Notes: generated by a model not told the origin, from the sequence alone. A stretch of DNA of 64,000 bases from an uncultured Arcobacteraceae bacterium (GCA_964022095.1 CAXHZO010000002.1:96001-160000), one strand, 5' to 3'. Shown: positions 10,381 through 21,093, numbered from the stretch's first letter. Made by a program: numbers and translations.

Positions 10381-10655
10381 TTTTTTGCTCCTTTATTTAT
10401 TATTTTAAGTAGTTTTTTCATCAATTATGTATTTTAACATATTTAAAAGTAATCTATAATATTATAAATAAACTTAAATTTACTTATTTATTATTAATAA
10501 TTTTATAATATAATATAAAACTTTTTATTAATTACTTTTTTATAAAAGTAATTAAAAAGTGTATATTTGAACTCAGTAATATTATTTGTGTTAAAATTAT
10601 TACAACTTAATCATTCTAATAAATTATTAGGTAATCTATTTGATAGGGATAGGTC

Positions 10656-11504
10656 TTGAAAGTTATTATTTACTTACTTTTAATTATAAATACTTTAATA
10701 GCAACTCAAAAAGAGACTATTACTTGGCTTGTAAATGATGCACCACCTTTTTATATTTTAAATGGAAGTTTAAAAGATGGTGGGATAGGTGATATGACGC
10801 AAAAACTCATAATAAATGATTTAAAACAATATAATCATGAAATAAAAAAGACAACTTTAAAAAGAGCAATGAAAGATTTTAAATATAATAAAAAAGTCTG
10901 TTTTTCCACATGGATATATAATTCAACTCCAGATTTAGTAATCACTTCAAATCCAAATATTTATTATCCTCCTTTAGGTATTATTACAACTTCTAAAAAT
11001 AAAAAGTTATTAAAAGAAAAAGTTCTCTCATTAGATAAGCTATTACAAAACAAAAAATTTGTTTTTGGAAAAGCAAAAGGAAGAGGATATGGTGAACCTT
11101 TAGACAGTATTGTAAATAAATATAAAAATCAAAAAAATTTTAAAATAAGAAACTCTTCAACTCATTCAACAAAAGGAATTTTTGAGATGATAAAAAGAGA
11201 AAGAATTGATTATACAATTGATTATTACAGTTCTTTAGTATATTCTCAATTAGGAAAAATCAATAGGGGAGATAAACTAGTATTTATCCCTATTTTAGAA
11301 ACAAAGAATGAAGGAGTTTTAGGATCAATTGCATGTTCCAAAACACCATGGGGTGAAAAGGTTATTAGTGATATTAATATTAGTATTGATAAAATTAAAT
11401 ATAAAAATCAATATATGCAAATTTTAAATGAATGGCTAGTTCCTATTGACGATAAAGGTGCTTATTGGGAAAAATATGAAAGAAAAATTAAGAACTTCAA
11501 ATGA
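10656..11504 (+). CDS. Periplasmic solute-binding protein, TIGR02285-like
   Basis: ITWLVNDAPPFYI, GRGYG, RIDYTIDY and IACSKTPWG motifs. Confidence 0.8.
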   Translation: MKVIIYLLLIINTLIATQKETITWLVNDAPPFYILNGSLKDGGIGDMTQKLIINDLKQYNHEIKKTTLKRAMKDFKYNKKVCFSTWIYNSTPDLVITSNPNIYYPPLGIITTSKNKKLLKEKVLSLDKLLQNKKFVFGKAKGRGYGEPLDSIVNKYKNQKNFKIRNSSTHSTKGIFEMIKRERIDYTIDYYSSLVYSQLGKINRGDKLVFIPILETKNEGVLGSIACSKTPWGEKVISDINISIDKIKYKNQYMQILNEWLVPIDDKGAYWEKYERKIKNFK

Positions 11505-14500
11505 TTAAAATACTATTTTTATGTATCTCTTTATTGTCTTTTTCTTTTGCTTCTTCTAGTAGTAATACAGATATTGCAAATATAAGCGCAAAGCCTCTTT
11601 TTGAATTAGATAAAGATGGTCTTGATAAAGTTTTAATCCCTTATATTAAGAATTCAAAAGCAATCTCTTCTGTAAATATAACTGATTTATCTTACGATGA
11701 AATATACTGGTCATACCCATTGGGAAAGCCAGGTTTAAATTGTAATAGTGATGAATTAAAGCAAAGTACTTTTATATTTTTTGAAAATGAAAAAATTGGT
11801 AAAGTTGATGTATGTTATAAAAAAGAGTTATTCAAAGCTACAAAAGACTTAGTCTTTACACAAGAAGAAAAACAGTGGTTAAATAATAACCCTGTAATCA
11901 AAGTAGCATATATGTCTCATTTTACAAAAGATATTTATGACAAAAATATACATATTGACTATGCAAACTTACTAAGCAGATTTGGTGAAGTGAATTTATC
12001 ATTAGTAAATTATGATAATTGGAATAAAGCATTAGAAGATGTTACTTTAGGAGAAGAAGTTCAAGGGGTTCTTGATTTAAGTTGGAGCAAAAAAAGAGAA
12101 GATAACAACTTTGATTATATTGAGCCATATTTTTATACACCTCTTTATATATTAGTTAAAAATAGTGATAATAAAATTAATAATATCGAAGACTTAAAAG
12201 ATAAATCCGTATATTTAGAAAAAGGTTCAATTTCAAATGAAATAATTAATCAATTAAATTTAAATATTACTCCAATAGTTTTGAAAAACAATCAAGAGAT
12301 GATAGAAAACTTATCAGAACCTAATTCTAGTGGTGATGCAGTTTTAACATATCTTCTAGATGAAAATTTATTAGAAAAATATGATTTAAAAGTTGCCAAT
12401 AAGTTTTATAACAAATATGGTCAGGTCTATTTAGGTGTGACGAAAAAGTATTCATTACTAAAATCAATTTTGACAAAAGCACATAATAAAATTCCAAAAA
12501 GTGAATTAGAGTTTATTCAAAATAAAGTATACAAATTTGAAAAAGATAGTAGTTTAAAATTAAGCTCAAAAGAGAAAAAATGGATTGAGAACAATAAGAC
12601 TGTTACCTTTGTTGGACATCCCTTAAGAATGCCTTTTGAAGGTTTTGATGAAAAGAACAATTACATTGGTTTTGTATCTGAATACTTAAAAATATTTGAA
12701 GAGAAAACAGGTATAAACATAGATATTATTCAAACTAATAATTGGGATGAATCTTTAAGTCTTGTTCAAGAAGGAAATATTGATCTTTTTTCAGATGATA
12801 TATTTGAAAATGATACTAGAGTAAATGAACAATATAAAGCTGTAAAATCATATTTATCAAATGATATTGTAATTGTTATGGGTGAAGATGCCTCATATAT
12901 TGATGATTTAAATTTACTAAAAGATAAAAAAATAGCAGTAATAAAAAAATATGCTTATGTTAATGAGTTATATAAAAAATATCCTGCTTTAAATTTTACT
13001 GAAGTTCATAATGTACAAGAAGCTTTGAGTGGCCTATCTTCTCAAAAGTTTGATGCTATCTTAGGTAGTGTTGGATTGATGAGTTATTCAATAAAAAACC
13101 TTGGATATTACAATCTTAGAATAGTTGGATCAACAAATTTAAAAATGAAATTAACATTCTTTATCAAAAAAGATAAAGAGCACTTATTCAATATTTTTAC
13201 AAGATTTAGTGATTCTTTAAGCCCTTTAGATCACTTAGAAATAAAAAATAAATATACACAAGTCGAATTTGAAACAGTCGTTGATTATACAATTATTTGG
13301 TACATAATTTTTATTGGTTTAGCTCTTTTAACAATAGTGGGCTTAATAAATAGAAGATTACAATTTTTAGTTGAAGAAAAAACTTTAGAATTAAAAGAGC
13401 TGAATAAAAGTCTTGAACAAAAAGTAAAAAATAGAACAAAAGAACTCACTGAAGAGAAAAATCATGTAGAAAATTTAAATGATGAATTAAAAGAAGAAAA
13501 AAACAATATTGATAAATTAAACAAAGAGCTAAATATCGCAAAAGAAAAAGCTGAAAATGTATCTAAACAAAAAAGCGAATTTTTAGCAAATATGAGTCAT
13601 GAAATTAGAACACCTATGAACTCAGTAATTGGCTTTACAGAAATACTTGAAAAAGAGCTAAGTGATCCTGTCCATAGAGACTACTTAAGTAGTATTAAAA
13701 AAGGTGGTATTTCTCTTTTAAGAATTATTAATGATATATTAGATTTATCTAAAATAGAAGCAGGAAAATTAGAAATTAAAAATGAGTCTATTAATCCAAA
13801 ATCACTATTTTTAGAAATAGAGTCTATTTTTCATTCAAAAATTATTGCAAAAAATATTAGTTTTAAATTAGATATTGATAAAACTTTACCTCAGTATATA
13901 ATACTTGATGGAGTAAGATTAAGACAGATATTATTTAATCTTATTGGAAATGCAATAAAATTTACAGAGCAAGGCTTTATAAAAGTAAAAGTAGAAAATA
14001 TTTATAAAGATAACATTAAAAGTAAAGTTGATTTGATATTTAGTGTTGAAGATACTGGTCTTGGAATTGAAGAAAAAAGTTTGAAAAATATTTTTAAAGC
14101 CTTTGAACAACAAGATAACCAAGATGTCTCAAAATATGGTGGTACAGGTTTAGGTTTAGCTATTTGTACTAAACTTGTGAAAATGATGAATGGAAAAATT
14201 GCAGTTGAAAGTGAAAAAAATAAAGGAAGTAAATTTACAGTTGAACTTCATGATATTGCTGTTGGGGCATTAGCTCAAGAAGAATCTACAAGTAAAGTTA
14301 GTTTATCATCAGTAGAGTTTGAAAATGCTTCTATATTGGTTGTTGATGATATTGAAGAGAATAGAAAACTTGTAAAAGCTGCATTAAAAGATTTTAATTT
14401 TAATTTAATAATGGCAGAAAATGGACAAGAAGCAATCGATAGATTGAAAAATATTAATGTTGATTTAATTTTTATGGATTTAAGAATGCCTGTAATGGAT

Positions 14501-14998
14501 GGATATGAAGCTGTAAGTATAATCAAAGAAGATAATAAGTTATCAAAAATTCCAGTTATTGCTTTAACTGCTTCAGTTATGGGAAAAGATTTAGAAAAAG
14601 TTTCTCAATATGGTTTTGATGGATACTTAAGAAAGCCAGTAATTTTTGAAGATCTCCTAGAAGAAATGTGCAAATATTTAGATTATAATATTAAAACAAG
14701 TGAACCTTTACAGATAAAAGATGATAATATTAACATAAATGATTTATCAGAAGTTATAACTATTCTTGAGTCACAAATGAAAGAAGAATGGAAAACGTTA
14801 AAAGACTCAGGTGATTTCACTTTAATTGAAGAGTTTAGTATTAAACTTAAAGACTTGGCACTTGATAAAAAAGTTAAATTATTAGAAAACTACGCTGATG
14901 AATTAATGAAAAATATAAACTCTTTTGATATTGAAAAGATTGATTTTCTATTAAATTCATATTTAGAATTAATTGACGATCTAAGAAAAAAAGTTTAG
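11501..14998 (+). CDS. Hybrid sensor histidine kinase (two periplasmic binding domains, TM, HisKA, HATPase, receiver)
   Basis: FLANMSHEIRTPMN, NLIGNAIKFT, DTGLG, GGTGLGL, VVDD...FMDLRMP...LRKP. Confidence 0.95.
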   Translation: MIKILFLCISLLSFSFASSSSNTDIANISAKPLFELDKDGLDKVLIPYIKNSKAISSVNITDLSYDEIYWSYPLGKPGLNCNSDELKQSTFIFFENEKIGKVDVCYKKELFKATKDLVFTQEEKQWLNNNPVIKVAYMSHFTKDIYDKNIHIDYANLLSRFGEVNLSLVNYDNWNKALEDVTLGEEVQGVLDLSWSKKREDNNFDYIEPYFYTPLYILVKNSDNKINNIEDLKDKSVYLEKGSISNEIINQLNLNITPIVLKNNQEMIENLSEPNSSGDAVLTYLLDENLLEKYDLKVANKFYNKYGQVYLGVTKKYSLLKSILTKAHNKIPKSELEFIQNKVYKFEKDSSLKLSSKEKKWIENNKTVTFVGHPLRMPFEGFDEKNNYIGFVSEYLKIFEEKTGINIDIIQTNNWDESLSLVQEGNIDLFSDDIFENDTRVNEQYKAVKSYLSNDIVIVMGEDASYIDDLNLLKDKKIAVIKKYAYVNELYKKYPALNFTEVHNVQEALSGLSSQKFDAILGSVGLMSYSIKNLGYYNLRIVGSTNLKMKLTFFIKKDKEHLFNIFTRFSDSLSPLDHLEIKNKYTQVEFETVVDYTIIWYIIFIGLALLTIVGLINRRLQFLVEEKTLELKELNKSLEQKVKNRTKELTEEKNHVENLNDELKEEKNNIDKLNKELNIAKEKAENVSKQKSEFLANMSHEIRTPMNSVIGFTEILEKELSDPVHRDYLSSIKKGGISLLRIINDILDLSKIEAGKLEIKNESINPKSLFLEIESIFHSKIIAKNISFKLDIDKTLPQYIILDGVRLRQILFNLIGNAIKFTEQGFIKVKVENIYKDNIKSKVDLIFSVEDTGLGIEEKSLKNIFKAFEQQDNQDVSKYGGTGLGLAICTKLVKMMNGKIAVESEKNKGSKFTVELHDIAVGALAQEESTSKVSLSSVEFENASILVVDDIEENRKLVKAALKDFNFNLIMAENGQEAIDRLKNINVDLIFMDLRMPVMDGYEAVSIIKEDNKLSKIPVIALTASVMGKDLEKVSQYGFDGYLRKPVIFEDLLEEMCKYLDYNIKTSEPLQIKDDNININDLSEVITILESQMKEEWKTLKDSGDFTLIEEFSIKLKDLALDKKVKLLENYADELMKNINSFDIEKIDFLLNSYLELIDDLRKKV

Positions 14999-15019
14999 AA
15001 GATTATAAAAAGGTTAAAA

Positions 15020-15199
15020 ATGCTTAAGTTTGTTATTCCAGTGATTATTGCTTTTATGTTTACTGGTTGTATTGTTGGGGATGTTGTTGCTCTTCCATTT
15101 AGAGTTACAGGGGCTGTTGTGAATGTTGTTGCTCCAGATGTAGTAGGAGATTCTATTTCAGGTACAGGGGATGTATTAGATACAGCAATACCTTTTTAG
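15020..15199 (+). CDS. Small lipoprotein (59 aa), missing from the ORF track
   Basis: Manual translation MLKFVIPVIIAFMFTGCIVGDVVALPFRVTGAVVNVVAPDVVGDSISGTGDVLDTAIPF*; AAGG RBS and FTGC lipobox. Confidence 0.85.
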   Translation: MLKFVIPVIIAFMFTGCIVGDVVALPFRVTGAVVNVVAPDVVGDSISGTGDVLDTAIPF

Positions 15200-15219
15200 T
15201 AATAAGATTATAAGCCCAG

Positions 15220-15951
15220 CTATTTAAAGGACTGGGCAAGGTTTCCAATAATTAGTTGCCAACCATCAATTACAATAAAAAAGATGATTTTTATAGGCAG
15301 TGATATCATTACTGGTGGTAACATCATCATACCTAGAGACATTAAAATTGATGCTACAATAATATCAATTACTAAGAATGGTAAGAATATTAAGAATCCA
15401 ATTTCAAAAGCAGTTCTAAGTTCACTTACTATAAATGCTGGCATTAAAATCGTCATAGAAACATCATCTATATTTTTTGGATTTTCTTCTTTTTTTATTC
15501 TGTAAAATAGTGCTAAATCATCTTCTCTAGTATTTTTTATCATAAACTCTTTGAATGGTTTTATCCCTTCTTCAAATGCTACTTCATATCCAATTTGTTC
15601 ATCCATATAAGGTTTTACACCATTTTCCCATGATTTTTTTGCATATGGCTCCATAATAAAAATTGTCATGATAAGTGCTAGTGATATAACTATTTGAGTT
15701 GGAGGGGTTTGTTGTAATCCCATAGCTTGTCTAAGAAGTGAAAATACGATTACTATTCTTGTGAACGAAGTAACCATCAAAATTAAACTTGGAGCTAAAA
15801 CAAGTAGGGCAAGAATTATCGCTATATTAATTGTTTTTACAAACTGTGCAGGGTCATCTAATGCTGCAACAGATAGGTTTACTATAGGAGGTGCAGTCTC
15901 TTCTGCAAATAAAGATATTGAAAATATTAAAAGTGTTAGAAGTAACTTCAA
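15220..15951 (-). CDS. fliP: Flagellar export gate protein FliP (TTG start at 15951 preferred)
   Basis: TSFTRIVIV, RQAMGLQQTPP, PAFIVSELRTAFEIGF, SLGMMMLPP; AGGA RBS before the TTG. Confidence 0.97.
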   Translation of the reverse strand: MKLLLTLLIFSISLFAEETAPPIVNLSVAALDDPAQFVKTINIAIILALLVLAPSLILMVTSFTRIVIVFSLLRQAMGLQQTPPTQIVISLALIMTIFIMEPYAKKSWENGVKPYMDEQIGYEVAFEEGIKPFKEFMIKNTREDDLALFYRIKKEENPKNIDDVSMTILMPAFIVSELRTAFEIGFLIFLPFLVIDIIVASILMSLGMMMLPPVMISLPIKIIFFIVIDGWQLIIGNLAQSFK

Positions 15952-16016
15952 AAAAAATCCTATAAAAAATTTAAAAAATATGATATCCAAAAAATATTTA
16001 AAGTGGTATTATCACT

Positions 16017-17795
16017 TTATTTAAGGGATTTAATATAACCTAACTCATAAAGTTTATCATATATTTTACTTGTGATTCCACCAGCTGCTTCTCCACCATG
16101 CCCACCATGTTCAACTAAAACTGTTACAACATATTTTGGGTTTTTATATGGTCCATAAGTTGTAAGCCATGCATGGGATCTTTGAAAGTATTTTAATTCA
16201 CTTTCTTTCATTCTTACTTTTTCAGATTGTGGTATTGTAACAACTTGTGCAGTACCTGTTTTTGCTGCAATTGCAACTTTTGTCTTAATATATTTTTTAG
16301 CAGTTCCTTTTATGTGATGAGCCACATCATACATACCTCTTCTCATCATATCTAGATGCTTTTCTGGAATATCCAACTTTTTTGGTTCTTCATAGTTTGC
16401 TTTATAAAAATGAGGCTTTGGTAGCTTACTAGTTGCTAAATATGCAGTATATCTAGCCATTTGCATTGGTGTTACTAACATATTTCCTTGCCCAATTGAT
16501 GTAATTACTGTTTCACCTACATACCATGGTTGTTTGTATTTCTTTTGTTTCCAATCTTTATTTGGATTAATTCCAAAAAATTCATTAACTTGATCAACTC
16601 CAGATTGTTGACCAAATCCAAATTTATCTAAAGTTGCAGAAATTTTGTTGATACCAACTCTTAAACTACCTTTATAAAAAAAGTCATCACAACTCTCTCT
16701 TATAGCTTTTCTAAAATCGACTTTTCCATGTCCCCATGTTTTCCAACATCTAAAATTTCTATTTCCAATTCTAATTGAACCTGAACAGTTAACTGTATAA
16801 TCTTCTTCAATCCCATTTTCTAAAAAAGATAATCCAACTCCCATTTTTATAACTGAACCTGGAGGATAAAGTCCATTAATAAGTTTGTTTGTAAAAGGAT
16901 GATTTAAATCATTTCTCATTTTATTCCACTCTTTTACAGAAATACCTCTTGCAAATATATTGTTATCAAACTCTGGGAAAGAAGCACTAGCTAGAAGCTC
17001 TCCATTATTTGCATCCATTACAATAATTGCACCACTTTTTTTAGTAAATATTTTTTGAATATACTCTTGTAATTCAATATCTAAAGAGATTTTTATACTA
17101 TTATCTATTGTTGGTTCTTTCTCTTCTAAAATCTCTATTTCTTGGTTTAGAGCATTTACTTTTACATCTTTGTATCCCATGTTTCCTTGTAGCTTGTCAT
17201 TGTAAAATTTTTCTAATCCATTTTTACCAATAATTCCATTATGAGATGAAATTTCATTATTTACAATATCAATTCTAGATGCTTTCCCCACATACCCGAT
17301 AACATGCGAAGCTGTTTCTCTATATGGATAGAACCTTTTTGTAGATGATTCAACTTTTATCTCTTCTTTTGATGCAAATATTGTATATTTTGTAAAGAAC
17401 TCTTTGTATGGAATATATTCAATAACTTCAACAAAATCGTGATTATATGGCGAGTCATTTCGTTTATATTTTTTAAGTAATTTTTCTTTTGTATAATCGG
17501 GAAAATGTTTTACTATTAAATCAATGGCTTCATTTAGTTTTGCTCTATTTTTATGTGTATTTAAATGAGGTTTTATAAGTACAGAAAACCCCATTTCATT
17601 AATTGCAAGTTTTTTGCCATTTCTATCTTCAATAACACCTCTTACAGGTACTTTATAAACTCTATTGATGTAGTTGTTTTTAGATAATTCTTCATAATAA
17701 GTATTTGATTTAATACTTAAAAAATAAACCCTAGAAAGTAGGGTAACCATGATAACTAAAATCACTAAAAATATAATATTTAATCTATTATTCAT
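16017..17795 (-). CDS. mrdA: Penicillin-binding protein 2
   Basis: YPPGSVIK (SxxK), ESCDDFFY (SxD), KTGTAQ. Confidence 0.96.
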   Translation of the reverse strand: MNNRLNIIFLVILVIMVTLLSRVYFLSIKSNTYYEELSKNNYINRVYKVPVRGVIEDRNGKKLAINEMGFSVLIKPHLNTHKNRAKLNEAIDLIVKHFPDYTKEKLLKKYKRNDSPYNHDFVEVIEYIPYKEFFTKYTIFASKEEIKVESSTKRFYPYRETASHVIGYVGKASRIDIVNNEISSHNGIIGKNGLEKFYNDKLQGNMGYKDVKVNALNQEIEILEEKEPTIDNSIKISLDIELQEYIQKIFTKKSGAIIVMDANNGELLASASFPEFDNNIFARGISVKEWNKMRNDLNHPFTNKLINGLYPPGSVIKMGVGLSFLENGIEEDYTVNCSGSIRIGNRNFRCWKTWGHGKVDFRKAIRESCDDFFYKGSLRVGINKISATLDKFGFGQQSGVDQVNEFFGINPNKDWKQKKYKQPWYVGETVITSIGQGNMLVTPMQMARYTAYLATSKLPKPHFYKANYEEPKKLDIPEKHLDMMRRGMYDVAHHIKGTAKKYIKTKVAIAAKTGTAQVVTIPQSEKVRMKESELKYFQRSHAWLTTYGPYKNPKYVVTVLVEHGGHGGEAAGGITSKIYDKLYELGYIKSLK

Positions 17796-18232
17796 ATAAA
17801 AAGTCCAAAGAATATTAAGTCAATAAGCATATTAAATAAAAGCACACTAGTAATATTATTATCTGTAGTAAAATTAAATTGCCAAATAACCATTACTCCA
17901 ATATAAAATAAAAGTATAAATAAATAGTTATTTATTTTAGAAAAAGATACAAATTTCTCTAGTCTAGGGATTATAAATACATAAAGAAAAAATGATAATA
18001 ATACTAATGAAAATGGTTTAAGGCCAGAGTTTATTTCTACAAATAAAAATGTAACTATTACTGCAAAAAGTGAATAAAGATATCTTTTTTTTAGACAAAT
18101 ATAAAATGCATTAAATAAAACACCAGCAAGCATAATCAATAAAAAATGAATAGATGATATTGTATTAATTGTAACAATTAAAATTAATAATATATATAGG
18201 AAAATAGGGTTTTCTAAGTTGTTTCGTATCAT
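17792..18232 (-). CDS. Integral membrane protein, probable MreD
   Basis: About 5 TM segments, translationally coupled to mrdA. Confidence 0.6.
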   Translation of the reverse strand: MIRNNLENPIFLYILLILIVTINTISSIHFLLIMLAGVLFNAFYICLKKRYLYSLFAVIVTFLFVEINSGLKPFSLVLLSFFLYVFIIPRLEKFVSFSKINNYLFILLFYIGVMVIWQFNFTTDNNITSVLLFNMLIDLIFFGLFI

Positions 18233-18298
18233 TATACTTTAGTACTTTGCTTTGCTTATTTTGATTTGGATTATATTATAAACTATCTTATAGCAATA

Positions 18299-18619
18299 TC
18301 AATTTTTATTAAATACTTTGTTTTGGATTTTTTTATCAATATCTTCTTTATTATTTGACATTTCATAAATAAAAGTGAATATCTCTGCAACAGCTTTAAA
18401 CATACTTGGTGGAATCTCTTTATCTATATCTAGTTTTGAAAGTAATTCAACTAAATCTTCATCTTTTTTAATAGGGATATCATTCTCTTTTGCAATTTTT
18501 ATAATGTTATTTGCTGTTTCACCTTGACCTTTAGCCGTTATTGTAGGTGCATTGTCTTTTTCAATGTCATATTTAAGTGCAATTGCTTTTGAATCATTTA
18601 GTTTGTTTTTATTTTCCAT
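18299..18619 (-). CDS. FlhB C-terminal-domain-only protein (EscU/YscU/FlhX-like)
   Basis: AIALKY...APTITAKG...EIPPSMFKAVAEI. Confidence 0.92.
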   Translation of the reverse strand: MENKNKLNDSKAIALKYDIEKDNAPTITAKGQGETANNIIKIAKENDIPIKKDEDLVELLSKLDIDKEIPPSMFKAVAEIFTFIYEMSNNKEDIDKKIQNKVFNKN

Positions 18620-18620
18620 T

Positions 18621-20582
18621 TTAAACTCTTATATCAAATCCTAAGTCTATATTTTTTTCTTCACTATTTGTATAGACAGTTGTTTTACTACTTTTTTGTA
18701 ACTCATCTGTATTTTTTAAATCCAATAATCTAATATTAACTGGAATTAAATCTACTTTATTTAAGGCTTGTCTTAATTTAACCAAGTTCTCTTTTAATTT
18801 ATCTTTAAAATGTTCTCTTTGAGCTTGAATAGTTAAGTCAAGTTTATTATCATCATAAAGTGATAACATTAAGTCCAGTTTACCATGATCTTTTAACGTT
18901 AAGTTTATTTGACAGTAAAATTTATCTTCATCAGTTTTTTTCATATTAATAGTTCCATCTTCAAGCATTTCCCAAAAAAATGGAATATATACAAAATTAG
19001 AATTAGAGTTCAAAGAGTTTAGTTGGTGATAATCTATTTGAGTTAATAACCTCTCTGCTTGTTTTAATATATCTTGGCTATTTGGGTCTGTTTTCCCTGC
19101 TATTTCTTGTGTTAATTGTAATAATGCACCTTTCATATCATTATTCATTGAAGGGTTATTTTTTAGGATATTTGGGTTTGAGATTAAATCTTTAATTATT
19201 GTTTCTATTTTATTTATGTTTTTTTGTAGTTCATTTTGTATATTAAGATTTGATGGATTTGATTCACTCGAAGTAATACTTTCTTTTAAATTTAGTAATA
19301 AACTATTTATATTTGAGGCAAAATTACTTAGAAAGTTACTTTGAAGTAAGTTTTGAAAATTTTGAATTATAGGATTATTTGGAATTTCAATTTTTGAAAA
19401 TAGTGTCTGTAGATTATCAAGTTTTGATATTAATTGATTTAAGTTTGTTGTATCTAACCCTTTTATGTTTGAAAGTTCAACTCTCAAACTATCTACTGTT
19501 TGTTTTATATTTTCTAGAACTGTCGTTTTTTGCTCTGTAATATTTTGCAAGTTTAAAGTTTTTGATTCTAAAGTATTGATGTTTTCTACAATATTTTTTA
19601 TATTTAAAACAAGATTAGAGATATTTTGATTTGTGCTACTAAGATTTTTAAGTTCATTTGAATTTGCAAGGGAACTTAAAATATTTTTTGGTTCGATAAA
19701 GTTGCTATTTTTACTAAATATATCATTTGTATTTAATAGTTTATCAACTTGAGATAATAGATTTTTACTATTTTGCAAAGTGGGGTTTTGAGCAATTTCA
19801 TTTTTTATTTGTGTTAATAGATCTTTTGTTTGTGTATTTAATTGCTCTTTTATATTTGAACCTAATAGATTATTTTGGATTTTTGATTCTATTAGTGTTG
19901 AGTCTTTTATTATATTTTGAAGTTGGCTTGTTAGTTTATTCAAAGATTGTGTTTCATTTGAGCTTAAACTATTTGACAAATTTAAAAGATTATTTAAAAG
20001 AGATTTTAAGTTTACTAGTTGTTCATTTGGTTTTAAATTTGGATTTTGAAGTTTAGTTAAAAGTTCATTTATCACTTTAGTTTGTGGTGAGTCTATATTT
20101 TTTACTAAATTTTGAATTTGATTTAATAGATTATCTAAAGTTTTAGTATTCTGTAAAGTATTGTTTTGTCCTATTTTTGACTCTAAGAATACACCTGTTT
20201 TACTAATTTGTTCTTTTAAATTTGTTGCATCTAAATCTTTGATATCTTTAAAAAGATTTTGAATAGTACTTTGAAAATTTTTTAAGTTGTTGTTTGAATT
20301 GTTTTGCTCTAGTGTATTTAATAATGTTGATATATTTTTATTAAAACTGCCTAATTCTTTAAATACATTAGAGTTTTTTAGAATATTTTCAATATTTGAA
20401 TTATTGTTTTTACCATTTTTTAATTGTTCAAATAAGTTTTTTATTACATCATTTACGTTAGTTGATTTATTATTAATCATTTGCTCTAAAGTCTTTGTAT
20501 CTGCTTGTTTTAGCACATCTTTTAAAGCTTTATTATCATTTGGAAGTAAAATATTTAATAATGAATTATTTAAAACTTGCAT
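18621..20582 (-). CDS. fliK: Flagellar hook-length control protein FliK-like (ATG at 20582 preferred)
   Basis: N/L/K-rich helical body, GVFLESK, C-terminal FYCQINLTLKDHGKL domain; directly upstream of the FlhB-C gene. Confidence 0.75.
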   Translation of the reverse strand: MQVLNNSLLNILLPNDNKALKDVLKQADTKTLEQMINNKSTNVNDVIKNLFEQLKNGKNNNSNIENILKNSNVFKELGSFNKNISTLLNTLEQNNSNNNLKNFQSTIQNLFKDIKDLDATNLKEQISKTGVFLESKIGQNNTLQNTKTLDNLLNQIQNLVKNIDSPQTKVINELLTKLQNPNLKPNEQLVNLKSLLNNLLNLSNSLSSNETQSLNKLTSQLQNIIKDSTLIESKIQNNLLGSNIKEQLNTQTKDLLTQIKNEIAQNPTLQNSKNLLSQVDKLLNTNDIFSKNSNFIEPKNILSSLANSNELKNLSSTNQNISNLVLNIKNIVENINTLESKTLNLQNITEQKTTVLENIKQTVDSLRVELSNIKGLDTTNLNQLISKLDNLQTLFSKIEIPNNPIIQNFQNLLQSNFLSNFASNINSLLLNLKESITSSESNPSNLNIQNELQKNINKIETIIKDLISNPNILKNNPSMNNDMKGALLQLTQEIAGKTDPNSQDILKQAERLLTQIDYHQLNSLNSNSNFVYIPFFWEMLEDGTINMKKTDEDKFYCQINLTLKDHGKLDLMLSLYDDNKLDLTIQAQREHFKDKLKENLVKLRQALNKVDLIPVNIRLLDLKNTDELQKSSKTTVYTNSEEKNIDLGFDIRV

Positions 20583-20666
20583 TTGAAGATTATAACATAA
20601 AATAGTACTTATCAATTATTTAAGAAGTTTTATGTAAAATTATTCATCACTTAAAAAGGTTTTTGA

Positions 20667-21041
20667 ATGATATTTGAAGTAGTTGTACCAATTGATGGTT
20701 TTGAAAAAGAAAAAGAGTTTAGTTTTGAAAAAGTAGATGATTTCTTTTCTATAATTACTGCACAAGAGTCGCAAAAACAACTAAGACTTATGAATTTTGG
20801 TGCTTTAAAATCACTTCCTTTTGAATTTCCAGAAGAGTTTGCTTCTAAATTGAATATAAATAGTTTAGATGATATCTCAATATTTTATATTTTTGTTCTT
20901 CAAACACAAACAAGTCAAAACACTTTAAATACATTCTCACCAATTATTTTAAATCATAAAAACAATAAAATGGGACAAATCCATTTAAATTTAGAAGAGT
21001 TAGGACTTGAGAGTCTAAATAATATACTCCCATCTTTTTAA
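20667..21041 (+). CDS. fliW: Flagellar assembly factor FliW
   Basis: FEVVVPIDGFE and TLNTFSPIILN...MGQ motifs. Confidence 0.85.
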   Translation: MIFEVVVPIDGFEKEKEFSFEKVDDFFSIITAQESQKQLRLMNFGALKSLPFEFPEEFASKLNINSLDDISIFYIFVLQTQTSQNTLNTFSPIILNHKNNKMGQIHLNLEELGLESLNNILPSF

Positions 21042-21093
21042 TTATTATTTATCCAAAATTGGGTATCATATCTTAATTTTATTGGAGAAGTTT

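Noticed and set aside
15950-15957. A8/T8 tract at the fliP start as a phase-variation switch
   Set aside because: Short A/T runs are common throughout this window; no long G/C homopolymer was seen.
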